Source of the DNA: Torpedo marmorata | Lineage: Eukaryota | DNA: 64,000 nucleotides | Assembly: GCA_977017645.1 (NCBI GenBank) | Contig: OZ360220.1 | Span: forward strand, 262,012,001 to 262,076,000 | Direction: 5' to 3' | Part shown: one piece after another, positions 51,311-64,000 of the stretch | Layout of the letters: the number at the start of each line of letters is the position of its first letter | How positions within the stretch are numbered: the first letter of the stretch is position 1 | Position numbers and translations under genes: made by a program | The notes under the pieces: generated by a model | The model's database searches: none | The model's input: the letters and a program-made list of their open reading frames with translations, nothing else | What the model was told of the DNA's origin: nothing

Positions 51311-54300
51311 TATTCGGTTAACCCTGGAGGAGCGTCTCTCTATTAAAGGGAATTCATTCAATACTAGATACCCGAAAAGGAATCTCATTTTTCATTTGAA
51401 TAATTTTAGACAATTATATTCCACAGCAAATCCTTTTTGCTTCTTTTTTTGTTTATATAAATCAGGCATTCATTTATATTCTAAGTTAAAGAGTCTGCAA
51501 AATTCTCGTGCCTGACTGTAGTGTAATGCCAGTTAAGAAAGCAATGTAAAAGTTGACACTTACAGCTGAGCAATATTAGCTAAATTAATAAAACAAAACA
51601 ATTGCGTTAAAAGAAAATTAAGACATTATTTTAAAATGTATTTACAAGGTTATTCAGAGAAAGGACTGAATGCACTGCATTTGATAATAAACTGTCGATT
51701 GTATGTCAATTTATTTTTATAGGTAAAGGGTTTTGCATATTTTGTTTTAATCACTTGCAGCGTTTAGTAAAGCTTTTGTGAAACTTCAGTCACAGAATCA
51801 CTTTTATGGCCAGTTAACAAGTGGTCATAATAACAAGCATTTGCAACACGACTCCCATCCAATTTTAATTTATTATTATTGAGGTTGTTGAATGCATGGT
51901 AAATTCAATAATAATTTGTTAAATGTGTAACATTAATTGATCATAAATTATTTGTTCAACTCAGGTTAATGAGGGAAACGTCATCCCTAAATCTGGGAAT
52001 TTAAGAGAAACAAAATACCCCACGACAAGTCTCCTAACCAAATGTAGTTCAATCTTCATTTAAAAACGATCTGAATGGTCATTCTCTCAGACTTAATTGT
52101 AATCCTACTCTGAAGGGAACTATTATTGTTGAATTTCTACCTACAGCTGCCCACCACCTGGGAACTGCATTTTTCTGTACACATGTGTATCTGTATTCAC
52201 ATACAGGGATATTTACTGTACTTGTATTTGCAGACACGTTTGCACCTAATTGTTCAGTATACATTTTTATTTTTGGATACTATGCTTTATTTGTATTGAA
52301 ATCACTAGATATTTTTTGATAAACTTGCCTTAATTAATAGCCGTAAAGTTCCGTGATTGTTTTATGAAATAATTGCATTTGCTAATTCGACAACAGCGGC
52401 AATTAATTAACGCGTGGAAAGCAAAATGTTTTTGTCTGTATCCGCCAAACAAATGTAAAAGAAAGAAGTCGTTTTGCCATTTTAGCCCGAAGATCACCAA
52501 AGAATTTCACAGGTTTTTAAAGTAAAAGTCAGCAAATTAAAATAAAAACTAAAACGCATTTGATATTTCAAATCAGAAGTTATCTTGTGTTTGGACTGCC
52601 ATTAACCACAATTGTAATTTCGGGCCCTCAGCGGACGTGCATTATGTTGATATTAAAATGGCCATAAATATAAGTACATCAGCAATGTTTTTATATTTTA
52701 TAAATACGCTAAAATATTCACGTAAGAAAACTAAAATCCAACTTTTTTTCATTCAAACATTTCAACAATTCTAAAACACCTGGAAAATTATAAAATAAAA
52801 TGTAAATTCGTATTTTTTTTAATGGAACGCTCGAGTTACTTTGAAGCATAATAGGAGCATAGAATTGTCCACAATGCTGAACATCTTGGGGTTTTGAAAC
52901 TTCCAATTGAACTATAGGTATATGGTCAATTCTCGACGCTGGATGTTACTGAAATGAGGACTAGTGATAGCCGGCTGTACGCTTACATATGAATAAACTG
53001 CCTTTGGTGAGATATTGCAGCTCGCAGTTCTTAAAACCAAATGCTCCATAATTTCAGTGATCTGGTGCCACCCTTCCCCCGTTTAGTGCTTTCGCTGAAG
53101 CCGAGTATTTAGTTATCACCTGCGGCTGTGCCAGAATGATTTTCAATATATGACTTTGTGTTTACATCTGCAAGCTCGCAGTTTCCTCTCTCGCGGCAAT
53201 TTGACGCCGAACGTAATGCATTGGTGAGTACAGTAGATATTTCGACAACTGCTGCCAATGTGAACTCCTCTGAAGTTATATTTTTTGCAGGCCTGCAACC
53301 CTCTGTGCTACGAATACAAAGAGTTGTGTTATTTCTAGATGTGGGTGAGGCATAAACGGAGGCCTTGTCCACCAAGCAAGCTTTAAAATTGACCGATTGA
53401 AGCTATCAACGGGCACCTATTTTTCTCAGTTTCCCCTTATTGACACCCACATATGTTGGTATTATAATGCTTGTTCTTCATGCAGAATCGCAGAAAGCGG
53501 CCCATTCCTCCCTGCAATCACAAAATGCTTTCGTGTTTTTGACCAAGGGATGGTACTGCCATCCAAGTAAAACGGTTAGCCCTACATTAAATTCTACGTA
53601 ACATCAAACAAATAGACACAAGTTTTTCCATTTCAATTTAATTGACTGTTCATCCTGTTGCATCTGCGAAGACACAGAGCCTCCGTTTCTGATCAAATTT
53701 CAGTCCAACGCTCACACTCTTTGGCCAACAGGTGCAGAGAGAGAACGCGGCAGGATGAAGAATGTCCTCGCTTGAATGCCTTTGGGGCTGGTCAAATCCT
53801 CTGTCCATAGGTCCAGAATGCATGAGGTCCATTGGGAAAGTCACTTTGACTGCAAATATCCCTTCTGAAGTCCTGCGATACCTCGAGAAAGGGGACGCAC
53901 CGTCTCAATCGTCTCTGGTATCGCGGGACGAAATGATATTACTGCTTGAACAAACTAAATTGCCGTTTAGTTTTAATTGTCATTTGTACCACTCGCTTTT
54001 AATAGGCAATGGGACTGTATTGTATTGTTAGTAATGTCCTTCTCAGTTCAGATGCTTGTATGGCTCTGAAATCGCTATACCTCGAACTATTTCTAATTTA
54101 TTTAAGGAAAAAAAACTTTTATCCAACACCTTTGTTGTTTTCATGTGTTTGAAAACACTCAAATGTTCAAAGAAATCCTACAATTGTTCATTTAAATCGT
54201 CAAACTAAACTCCATGTAAATTTACGCAAATCGTAAACTACACAATTGTCATAAACGGGAACACTTTTCTGATTCGTGATTCAAACATATAATTTCTAAC

Positions 54301-55199
54301 ATAATGTCTTGACTAATAAGCTGCGAGTGTTGGATCGTTGGCGGCATGAAACTTAAAGAGGAATAGAGCATTCTTCATTTTATTAGTTTAAATCTATTCC
54401 TTCAGTAGAGGTTCCTGTTTAAATCAAAAGTATTTTGGGAACCCCCTATGCATGATTTTATAAAAGAGAATGCCTGATCCATTTCAGAATTTAAATATTG
54501 TCTTTAATGCCCCTATATCTTACGCACATTTGAATTTATGGAGAAATTCTGAATTCTAAGTGTCGTCGAAACAGCAGCAAAGAAGTGTATCTGCCTAGAA
54601 TGTTTTTTTTTTGTGTCTGGAGACGCACAAACAGCGGCGACAAAAAGAGAGAGATGGGGACAATCCCTTTGCACTGCGGGAGGCCATTTAACCCTCGTCA
54701 CGATACTGGTTTTACGGCGGACTTTGCAGGAAATACTCTGTATTTGCAGGAAATACTCATCACAAAGGGAGTAGGTATTAAACTCATTTAGTGATGTCAG
54801 TGAGGAACTATCACAGTGTGCTTGGCATTTAGAATGAACTCGGATAGTCAAATGTCAGAACATGATCATACGTTCAGATATCCCATGCTTTTGGGAAGTT
54901 GAATTTTTATTTCTTTTCAGGATATGAGGGCTGATAGCAATACTGGACTTATTTCTAGTCCAGAATAACAGGCTGGGTTACAAAGCGATTTCGGTGAGTA
55001 GTTAAGAACAAACAGCCTTGGGGTCACATGTAGGCAGGTCTTACTTCTATCTTTAAAAGAACAATAATAAATCCGTTGTAATTTATGTCAATGGACTTTT
55101 CTTGAACACTTCTATTTATTTTTATTTCCAGAATATTCAAGTGCCTGTATTCAGCAATACGAGTCAAGGCCTTTGAATTACCAGTTCAATGGCTTATAA

Positions 55200-55520
55200 A
55201 ATAGAAAAATGAGTGGGCCATTGGGTTGTTCGTGTCTACTCCGCCATTCATACGATTACGGCTGTTCATCTGCCTCAAAGCTTTATTCACGGTCTCTTCC
55301 ATTGATGCATTGATCACTTCTCCCCAGAAACCCATGACAAATGAAAAGCAAAAAAAAAACTACGGATGCTGAAAATCCACAGCAGACCGGACAGCATATG
55401 TGGAGAGAGAAACAGAGTTATCGATATCAGTTTAATGACTTGAAGGTCGTTGAGCTGAAACTTTAACTCTATCTCTTTCACCACAGGCACTGCGTAAACT
55501 GAGTGCTTCAATATTTATGA
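55200..55520. mobile_element. Old CR1 3'UTR and Penelope-like terminal relics
   Basis: GGCCATT...TACTCCGCCATTCA resembles the CR1 tail at 7790-7830; GATGCTGAAAATCCACAGCAGACCGGACAGCAT and its partial inverse resemble Penelope-like termini. Confidence 0.45.
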
Positions 55521-56031
55521 TTTAATAACTCCTGAGAATTCCTAACACTTCTTCATATAGACGTTCATATTACGTCTTAGCGGGTGGTGGTGGAGACCGC
55601 ATTGTTGGTGGGTTTGTGGCTCAGATTCCAGCTCAATGAGGGTCTGTCGGATCGATCTGCTTTCCCAAAGGTCCAGCCAAGAAATCTAACTATCTTGGTT
55701 TGAATAATTGCTGGGGCTATCGTAATCAACTTGCATCTTCATTCTGTTCTAGTGCGCGGTCTTTTGCGGGTAAGAGTTAAAATCCGAAGAATTTCCATTG
55801 GTACAGTACAATTTTATTATCATCTGCGATGTCGCGGTAGGCGCGCTTAGTGGTAAAATTTCGCATAAATCGAGGGTCAAGATGACCACTGGTTCCCAGA
55901 AGTGAGACCGTCTGAGACAGGTCTGAAACAGGCAGAGGGGAAGTATGAGTCCAGCGCCGAGCTTGCGATTCGTTTGAGGCAATTCTGACTTGAGAAACTT
56001 TTAATTCAATATTAATGTTGATATTCTAATT

Positions 56032-56063
<32 letters not shown>

Positions 56064-58669
56064 TTTCTCGCTTTAAACATTAAAAGATTTAAAACTCTGA
56101 AAGATAATGCAGCGAACAAACTGATCTGGGAGGATGTTACAACCTCAGATAAGATTATTATAATGTAAGAATTTTTTTTGCGCGGAAAATTTGAAAGTTT
56201 AACCAAGGCATTCCGCAGTAGGGTGGTATCACACGCACCCTCCACTGAACTGTCTCATATTCAGTCTACTTCCGCGCCCCGGTCTAGCTGTAGCTCCTGT
56301 GTACAACATACTATCGCAAGAGGGGGTGTTTTTTTGCGCCACTTCCGTTTCGTTTCTACTTCAGATGCGCGGATCAAGGGAGTCCCCTCGAATTTTCTTT
56401 TAATACTCCCATGAAATCGCTCGCACTGGGGGAGGGAGCAGCGTGAGAGCGATGGGAAAAATACAGCGCTTATGCAAAGCTGTACATTGGAACCTTCGAC
56501 AGAGGGCACCAACATTCGCCAAATACAGTTCGTCACTTTCTCTTCCCCGGTGCCACTTCCCCTTCTCACGCCTCTCCCTCCATCCTTCGGACACAAATTT
56601 CACTAGTTTAAAAAAAAAATTCCATTCTATTATTCCTGCATAATTTCAACATTACCCAGTTCGTCCCGAATCGTTGTTTTAATTTCATTTAACTGTTGGT
56701 CCTTGAAACATTACTCGTCATTATTTGGCACTGGGCTCTTGCAGAGCAAACCAATCGCTTCTAACACATTCAGTTAACAGTCTGAAGAATAGTCGCGATG
56801 ACAGTGGGATCAAAGAGACATTGCGGCTGTCAACTAAAGGTGGCATTATTTTGTTCGTTATAATGTGACAATTTACGAATATGAACATGCTTGAACTAAA
56901 TCATTGGGCCAATCAAAAATCAAAAGTGATTATTATGCGGAAGTAATATATAAAATGTAGGCAATGTATTCATAGACTGTCATAAATGTCAACCGCTTGG
57001 TTTAAGATGTTGCCAGCATATCTCGACATGTTATTACAATCTTAATTTAAACACAGATTGTTTCAGTGGTGTTGTTCACATCCCGGGTCGAGAGTGAATC
57101 CGACTGAGAAAATAAATGTAGCATTTCTCCCGAAATTCTCCGGAAAGAAAACATTTTCTGAAAATTTTATCGAGATACTTTATTTTCACTAACACGGCCC
57201 TAATTTAAAGTGAGGATTAAACTATGATAGTAATAGTTAGGACAAAATGACCCCACTCTACTAATCAGGAATGAGTTTGTAATGAGACATTGATAATCAG
57301 TTGCTTTTCCAATTATTAGGTATTGGTGGAAATTCCAAACTGAGTTAAGGTTTACTTAATGGCCGACGCATGGTTGTTTGCTGGTTATTTGCTTGTTGGC
57401 GTGACATGTATTGTTATCTCTTCACATTTTCAAAATGTTGCAGAATAAATGAATCAGCTTCAAACAGTTAGTCTTCCAACTGTAACAGTGAAAATGGCAA
57501 AAGTCCCGAACTCACACAGATCTACACGAAATGTACGATGCGACAGACAAGTTGTATCAATCACCCATGTTTACTTTTGTATAACATTGTTGGCATTGTC
57601 TTTTACGGTCTGACCTTAGATGTCTGAACTGCTTTTCACTATTTACAATATTTCATATTATGATCCAGTGGAACGTGTAAAGTGGATTAATTATGGATAA
57701 AATTGTGACGAAAAGTGACACATTTATCGATTCTTTTTGTATAATATAGATCGTAGTTCAAAGGGCCTAGCTAACTCTTGTGTTTTCTTTCAGTCTGACA
57801 GGTGACTGACACTTGCCACCTCAAAAATCTAATCTTCCTAAATCAAGAAACATATAAGGCCATTGACTTAAAGGGCTCATTGCAGATGGCGCCGGGAATT
57901 ATTTGTGAACGTAGAGATGGCCAAAAGTGTGATTTGTGTCTCGCTGGAAACTTCAACACCGTGCAGTTTGTAATATCTCAATCTATCTACGATCAAACAG
58001 CAATGAGAAAACTACAATCTTCCTCTCTTTCTTTCATGCTTTCGCACTAGGCTGGTGAGTTTAGCAGTAAAAAAGCAGAAAGCGAAATCGTTTTCTTCAA
58101 CGGGCGAAGGCCCATTACGTTTCTTTGTAACGAACTGCCCGTTTCCTTGGCACGTTATCTTTTTTTTTCGGTGGGAATGCTGAGTGAGAGGGGATAGTTG
58201 AGTGTTACATGAGCTTCATTTCACTGAATAGCTTTTCTCCTTTCATCCTCTGGGGGACATTCCTGCAGCAGGTTTCCTGGGCCGGAAATCTGGCGGTCGA
58301 AGGCCCATTGAGTCTCGCTTGACAGAGATGTGAGGTGTGTGTTTTTCTCTCAATTCACCAATAGGAAATTATCTCGAATGTTTCATTTAAGAATCATAAA
58401 ATAACCCCTATCCTGGGTATTTAAAATGCAGTATTGTAAAATCATATTATGTTCAACTAAATGGCATTTAGCAGGTTAAATTGACGCTTTCGTGTGGAAA
58501 TTCTGGTAATTATTCCTCGAGCATGCCCTACTTTTTAAAAGTAAGGATCAGGTTCCATAACGAAACCTAATTACTACATTCTAACCTCCAGTTGTATTTC
58601 CAAAATTGTGTGTATTATTATAGATCAAGTAACGCAGCTTCACTGAAAGCAACGACTATGTCAAAGTGC

Positions 58670-58990
58670 ACAAACAGTGCGTGACAGATACCCAGTTAGG
58701 GTTTATTTAATCTGCGATTATGCACGCAGATGATGTAAAGTTCGTCATCAAAAGGGCAATTAATTAACTAAGAGGCAGCACCTTAAAACAGGCCCGACCA
58801 CACCGAACAAGCGTGACTCGCACGTGCTGATACAAAGGCTTTCGACACTGTCATCTGTCAGCCAGAAAGCTGCAAGTAAACAATGATATAGATTATTTCA
58901 CGGGTCACAGACAGGGAAAGCGGCTAATGTCCTAGAATGGCACAAATTCATTCTTGTGTCAGGCTCGGCAACCAGTGCCCTTTTATGATC
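58670..58990. promoter_or_regulatory. Candidate upstream enhancer (Pax2/5/8-type and homeodomain sites)
   Basis: CAAGCGTGAC 58808-58817, GTGCGTGAC near 58677, AATTAATTAA 58758-58767, CATCAAAAG near 58746; no conservation data available. Confidence 0.5.
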
Positions 58991-61900
58991 GATAACTGGG
59001 CAGGGTCCTTTCGCAAGTTGTACTGGGGAAGGGTGGAGGGGTCACTCAGGGGGTGAAGGGCGCAGGAACCCACACCCTGTCTCTTTGTTTTCAGTTATTC
59101 CACGTGAACTATGCGACAGATTTCTAATTAATACGCTGACTACTTGAGGTCAATATGTGGGATGTTTTCTTTTATATTGAAACATTTTGGATCCAGTCTG
59201 CGGGACTGCGAATCGTCTATTCTGCTTCTTATATTTTAGAGCATTGTCGTTGAAAGGCAGACCAATCTGTCCTGTTTAAAAAAGAGCGCCTCGTAAATCA
59301 ACTGACTGCAGACAGCCTTGTGTTATTTTAAATAGAGGAAGGGGTGATGGACACACTGCGATTACAAGTATGCCAACGGTTACCGAGTTGCATCGGTATT
59401 GGGCTTCCTGCTTTCAGAATGGAACTCGGGGTTGAGTTTCATTGAGTTACTCAATTCTCTCCACATAAACGATCGACTATCAGAATTAAATATTTCAAGA
59501 GACGAGGCCAGTGGGATGGGTGAGAACCGTGAATGGCAAAGGTTGGGAGAAGATCCTCCGATCTGAACCAAGACAAGTCAAGCAATGGACTTTTCGGTCG
59601 GGATGATGAACAAACCTGTTGACTTAATGTTTAAATGAGGATTTAAAAGTGCTCTTTCACATGCTGATACATCTGCTATTTGTAACTATGTCATCCGTTT
59701 CTTCTTCATTGTTCCCAATAATAATATCTCAGTGTCCGTTCTTTTTAGCTCGGTATATCACGGCGATTGTTATCGATAACGATCTAACACTATTGCGTCG
59801 TTTTACAAATCAGTTGAGTCCACAGGTGAGATGAAATGCCGAAGAAACGGAAACATTCTAAGCACGCAAGAAATAGATCACAAATACAACTTCCCGGTTA
59901 TACATTTGCAGCCCTACTTACTAGACCTGAGATTATATCTAGATACCGGAGGTTCAAACAATTCCGTGAAATTGGCACCCTTCAATGTATTGCAATTTAA
60001 AAGAAAACATCCATTAACAAAGAAAAAGTAAATTCATCGGAGGAAAGGGGTGGGTGTTGTTGTGTTGACAAATTGATCGGAGGGCCGTGAAGGACCATGG
60101 TTTACCCAAAAGATCCAGAACGCTCTGGTGCCGTGAGGAAAGTTTTGGCAAATCCATTTACTTTAGTTCAAAAAACACGGATAAAAACATTGAACAGGCA
60201 GCTGAATGGTTTTACATTGCCGATGAAACATTTAGAATTGCTCAAACGGCGAATATTAACCAAAGAAAATAAGGGCAAATGGAAATCCAAAGCATTCATT
60301 TTAATTTTCCTATAGCGGCATTCGTCTGCGTACATCTGAATGATCACAGGCCTTCAGGGGGAGACGGGCCCAGAGATCTACAGAGAAAAGTTAGCTGTTT
60401 TTTAAAACAATTTTAGCATTTCATGTCTTTTTAAAATGCTGTAATTTGAACATATGTAAATATATATCTACCAATTTGAACGGGATCGGATAGTCGTTAG
60501 AGAGGCCCAACGGCCCGATTTCATATTTCGTGTTTTTGTTTAGGAGTGGCGGTATTGACTTAAATGCGGTTGTGGTGATCGGGTGGGGGAGGTAAATATT
60601 AACCTACGGGTCAATCACAAAGATTGTCAAGTAATCTGCTCAAGAGAAAGTAGATTGAGTAATTTCTTGTATCTCCCCACCCGCAATGAATCAATCGAAC
60701 ATACCGGTATATTTGAAACAAGGATGCACAAAGTAAACAAGCCAGTGACGGGCGCCAAAATCAGCCATTAAACAACCCATTTTAGCTATTTTTTTATGTG
60801 GCGAAACAACAAAATATAGAACTCCATAAATATCCTCAACCAACCAACGTAGCAGCACACATGGTCATATGCACAGACAATCGAGAGCTCAGACCATCCC
60901 TCACACGTGAAAGCAGCAGTTTGGGGCGTATTGCAGCTACTTATTCCTAATACTTTAGGGTGCAGACATGATGCCTACAGTTTTCCATCCACAAAGTGAC
61001 AACCAGTACATTGTGAATATTAAACAAAAAGCAATCGACTTTTGCAATTAAATGAAAAGTAATTTTTCTTTAAAAAATATAATTAACTGATTGGATCTCA
61101 GCAATGACCCTTGACCTATCTCCACTGTACTCGGAGTCGCCACACAAAGAGTAAAAAAAAAGTCACAACGATCATTTTGATGGAGAAACTCATCTGAATC
61201 CAGTGTAAACCGGGCACCTCTTGAACCCGTACATTTCACCTGAACCCATACATAGAGATATATTTTCCCTTTACTTCTGTTGATCGCTCATTTTAAGTTT
61301 TCCTTGTGCATTTAATTTAATTTAAACGAGTTCCAAGACTTGAATGTTCATTAAGCACCTCTTTATTTTTTTTAAAATCACTTTCTTTCACGTGTCCTCG
61401 GCCTTGATAGTGTTGTTTAAACAACAGAATACCGTTTAATTCTAGAAATAAACACTGGACTTTTACCAATCAAACCATTTCATGCTTTTGACTTATTTGT
61501 ACATTTCACAGAAAGATGTATAAACCTACCCGACCGAATACTCCTGAGGGCGCTGCCGTTTTTTTCCATACTCGTTGTGGTATTTCGAATCTTTTTTGAT
61601 AATACGAGAAAAGTTTCTCTTTTTTCGCTCTGTGTGTGTTTGTGTTTGTCGGCTCCGGATAATTTGACTCTTCCGCTACCCCGTCGCGTCTTTGGTGCTG
61701 CCCATTGATCCGAAACTAAACGTTTTAGGTGGAGAAAAGGCTCTAAACAAACCGTGAAATGATTAAGGAACTAAAAGAGCTCGCTACATGTGAGATCATG
61801 TCCTGTTCGTTTTTTTAAAAATCGCAAAGTCCCTCGACGCAGCGAAAAGAAAACTAAAACTCTCACATCTGCCGGACAAATCATTCCCCCCTATGGCTCT

Positions 61901-64000
61901 CGGTGACTTTGGGTTTGTCTCTTTCACCTCCTGATTCCATTCTGCGAATGTTTACAATGCTTGGCATTTGCAAATACTTATACCAGAGGTTCAGTAAGGA
62001 CGGGGATTCTGAAACACCGCATCACACGCCGATAAAAACATCACTCCAACATTCTGAGTAATTAAAGATTTTTCTCACCACTTCACTCTTTAACCCACCT
62101 TCCTCAATTTGTCACCAAAAAATACATCAGATAGTTAAATCTAAACCCAGGGCAGAATTACAGGGGGAGATATCTTCCGGCAGCCTCCCCTCCCAGGAGC
62201 GACACCTTTTTGCCAGCTTCGGTTTTCTTCTTAAATACGGCGCCGTTGTTGACAACTTACATTGAATTGACTTCTTACTGAAGGACGAGCAATCGTCTTG
62301 TAAGGTGCCCCTTGCACATTGCAAAACAATTGCTCGTCCTCCAGCCCCAATCCTCGCACAGTCATGCAAATTTGACATGCTTCAAATATAAAATAAACTT
62401 TTCTCTAGTTGTACCCACGGTGGAGATGACTCATTCGGCCATATTTATGTCTGTAGCACATGCTGAAATGGTGACAAACTCGGAGTACGAAAAATGTGCA
62501 GCAATTACTCGTACAGGCAGTATGCACTTGTTCCACAGACAGTATAGATGTTCATTTCCCTTCGCACTTGACCTTTAACCGGTGACCGCAATACTTTAAA
62601 GAAGTTTTAAATACTAATTCACTCATGTCAATGGGAAGGTCTCGCTACAAGTCAAATACCAACATTGCCTATGAATTTACACATCTCCGCCTGTCTCTTA
62701 TATAAGTTCGGATTTCTATGGCCATGCTTATATAGTCCTGCAAAAAGCGCGAATGAGTTAAATATAACTTCAAGTTATTGAAACTTGGATCATTTTGATT
62801 GCTTCGTTATATTTTACTATTTATACCACAACAACGCTAAGTCACTCATAATGTTAGCAATAATCAGAACACGCGCCTTAACTGGGTATGTATAACCTTA
62901 CGAGAAAGCTCAAAGCATACATTGAACATCGGCCTTCGACTCATATTACTTTAACAGTTTTTAAAACATTGATAGTTTTATTACGCGTGGAAATGTTCAC
63001 GATCAAAAAAGATTTATTGACTCATTTCTAACTGATTTCAGTCCGAAACATAGATGATCCTTTTTGCAAATATGTGCGGTAGGCTAAATGTTTTAGGTGC
63101 TTCCGATGTGCTCCCGGCTTAGAAATAAAACTCAAGGAACACAAATTGCCCAAAATTACATAGCATTAGATACAATATAACCTAAATGAAAAATATCGTC
63201 AATATTTCGTTATTTTGGAATAATATATTAAGGTCAACGATAAAATGTTTCGGGTGATTATTTTATTTGTTTACTTAAATGTTTGTGTTCATTTATAAAC
63301 TAAAACAGGTGGGTTTAGACAGTATGGCCGCTTAAATTTGAATTACCTAAAATGTTTTAGTAAGAAAATTAATACCATCAGATAATGAAAACTGACACTT
63401 GGACAATGAAATCAGAATTGAACTATTTGCAAATTTATGAAACAACTAAATATTAACTGTAAAAAATATAAGTAACACATGAAATTAAGTACACACATTC
63501 AGATCACTAAATCTTTTGTTGAAACAATCTGAAAATATTGATAAATTAGAAGTACAGATAAACTTTATTTACATTTACAGTGTTAGAATTGGGGGAAAAG
63601 CAAACTATTTAAAATAGTTTGTAGTTCGCTGATAGTTTGTTTTCGGATAAGAGACAATGTAATAAAGAGGTGGGAAATTATCATATATACGTTTTATTGG
63701 AGCCCTCGCAGCTAACTCGGAACGAAAAAAAATGTATCATGCCTAATGCCATTTTATGTGTGAAACAAAAATCGTTCGTTTCTCCATAGTAACGCGTTTC
63801 CACAGAGTACAAACTGAACTTGATCCTGGAGGGTTCTTAGATTTTTGGTTCTGCTCACGAAACACTAAACTTAATTTGATCAAGTGAACACATAGGCTAC
63901 CTCTTTTTACAGCCACAGTTCGTACAAATACATTGCGATTGGAACTTTACTAAGCTATTCAATTCCAAAATTATCACAGTTAATTTTTAATATGATATTC

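Noticed and set aside
59380-59571. Short minus-strand ORF ending at a donor-like GGTAAC as exon 1A
   Set aside because: No similarity to exon 1A, and the long frame gives phase 2, incompatible with exon 2

Overview
This is vertebrate genomic DNA, most likely from a cartilaginous fish judging by its CR1, V-SINE, Penelope-like and DeuSINE repeats. It contains the 5' half of Pax5 on the minus strand: five coding exons at 50472-50514 (exon 1B type), 47925-48090, 40125-40322, 35740-35804 and 29760-29891, covering the paired domain and the octapeptide YSISGILG. No exon 6 was found, so intron 5 probably runs past position 1. Positions 1 to about 39.6 kb are packed with transposons: a 5'-complete L1, a full-length CR1 nested in a Tigger element, a second Tigger, Rex1-type LINEs, Penelope-like elements, hAT/Harbinger/Tc1 MITEs and 5S- and tRNA-derived SINEs. 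Positions from about 39.7 kb to 64 kb are nearly transposon-free and richer in CpG. The most notable signals are a ~300-bp-arm inverted repeat in intron 5, three copies of a Pax2/5/8-type 10-mer, a helically phased CCAAT array at the promoter, an Ets-IRF plus Blimp-1/IRF motif pair in intron 1, a two-copy 5S-derived SINE, and fold-back Penelope-like insertions with long target-site duplications. No wholly new biological system can be established from sequence alone. All alignments and counts were done by eye.
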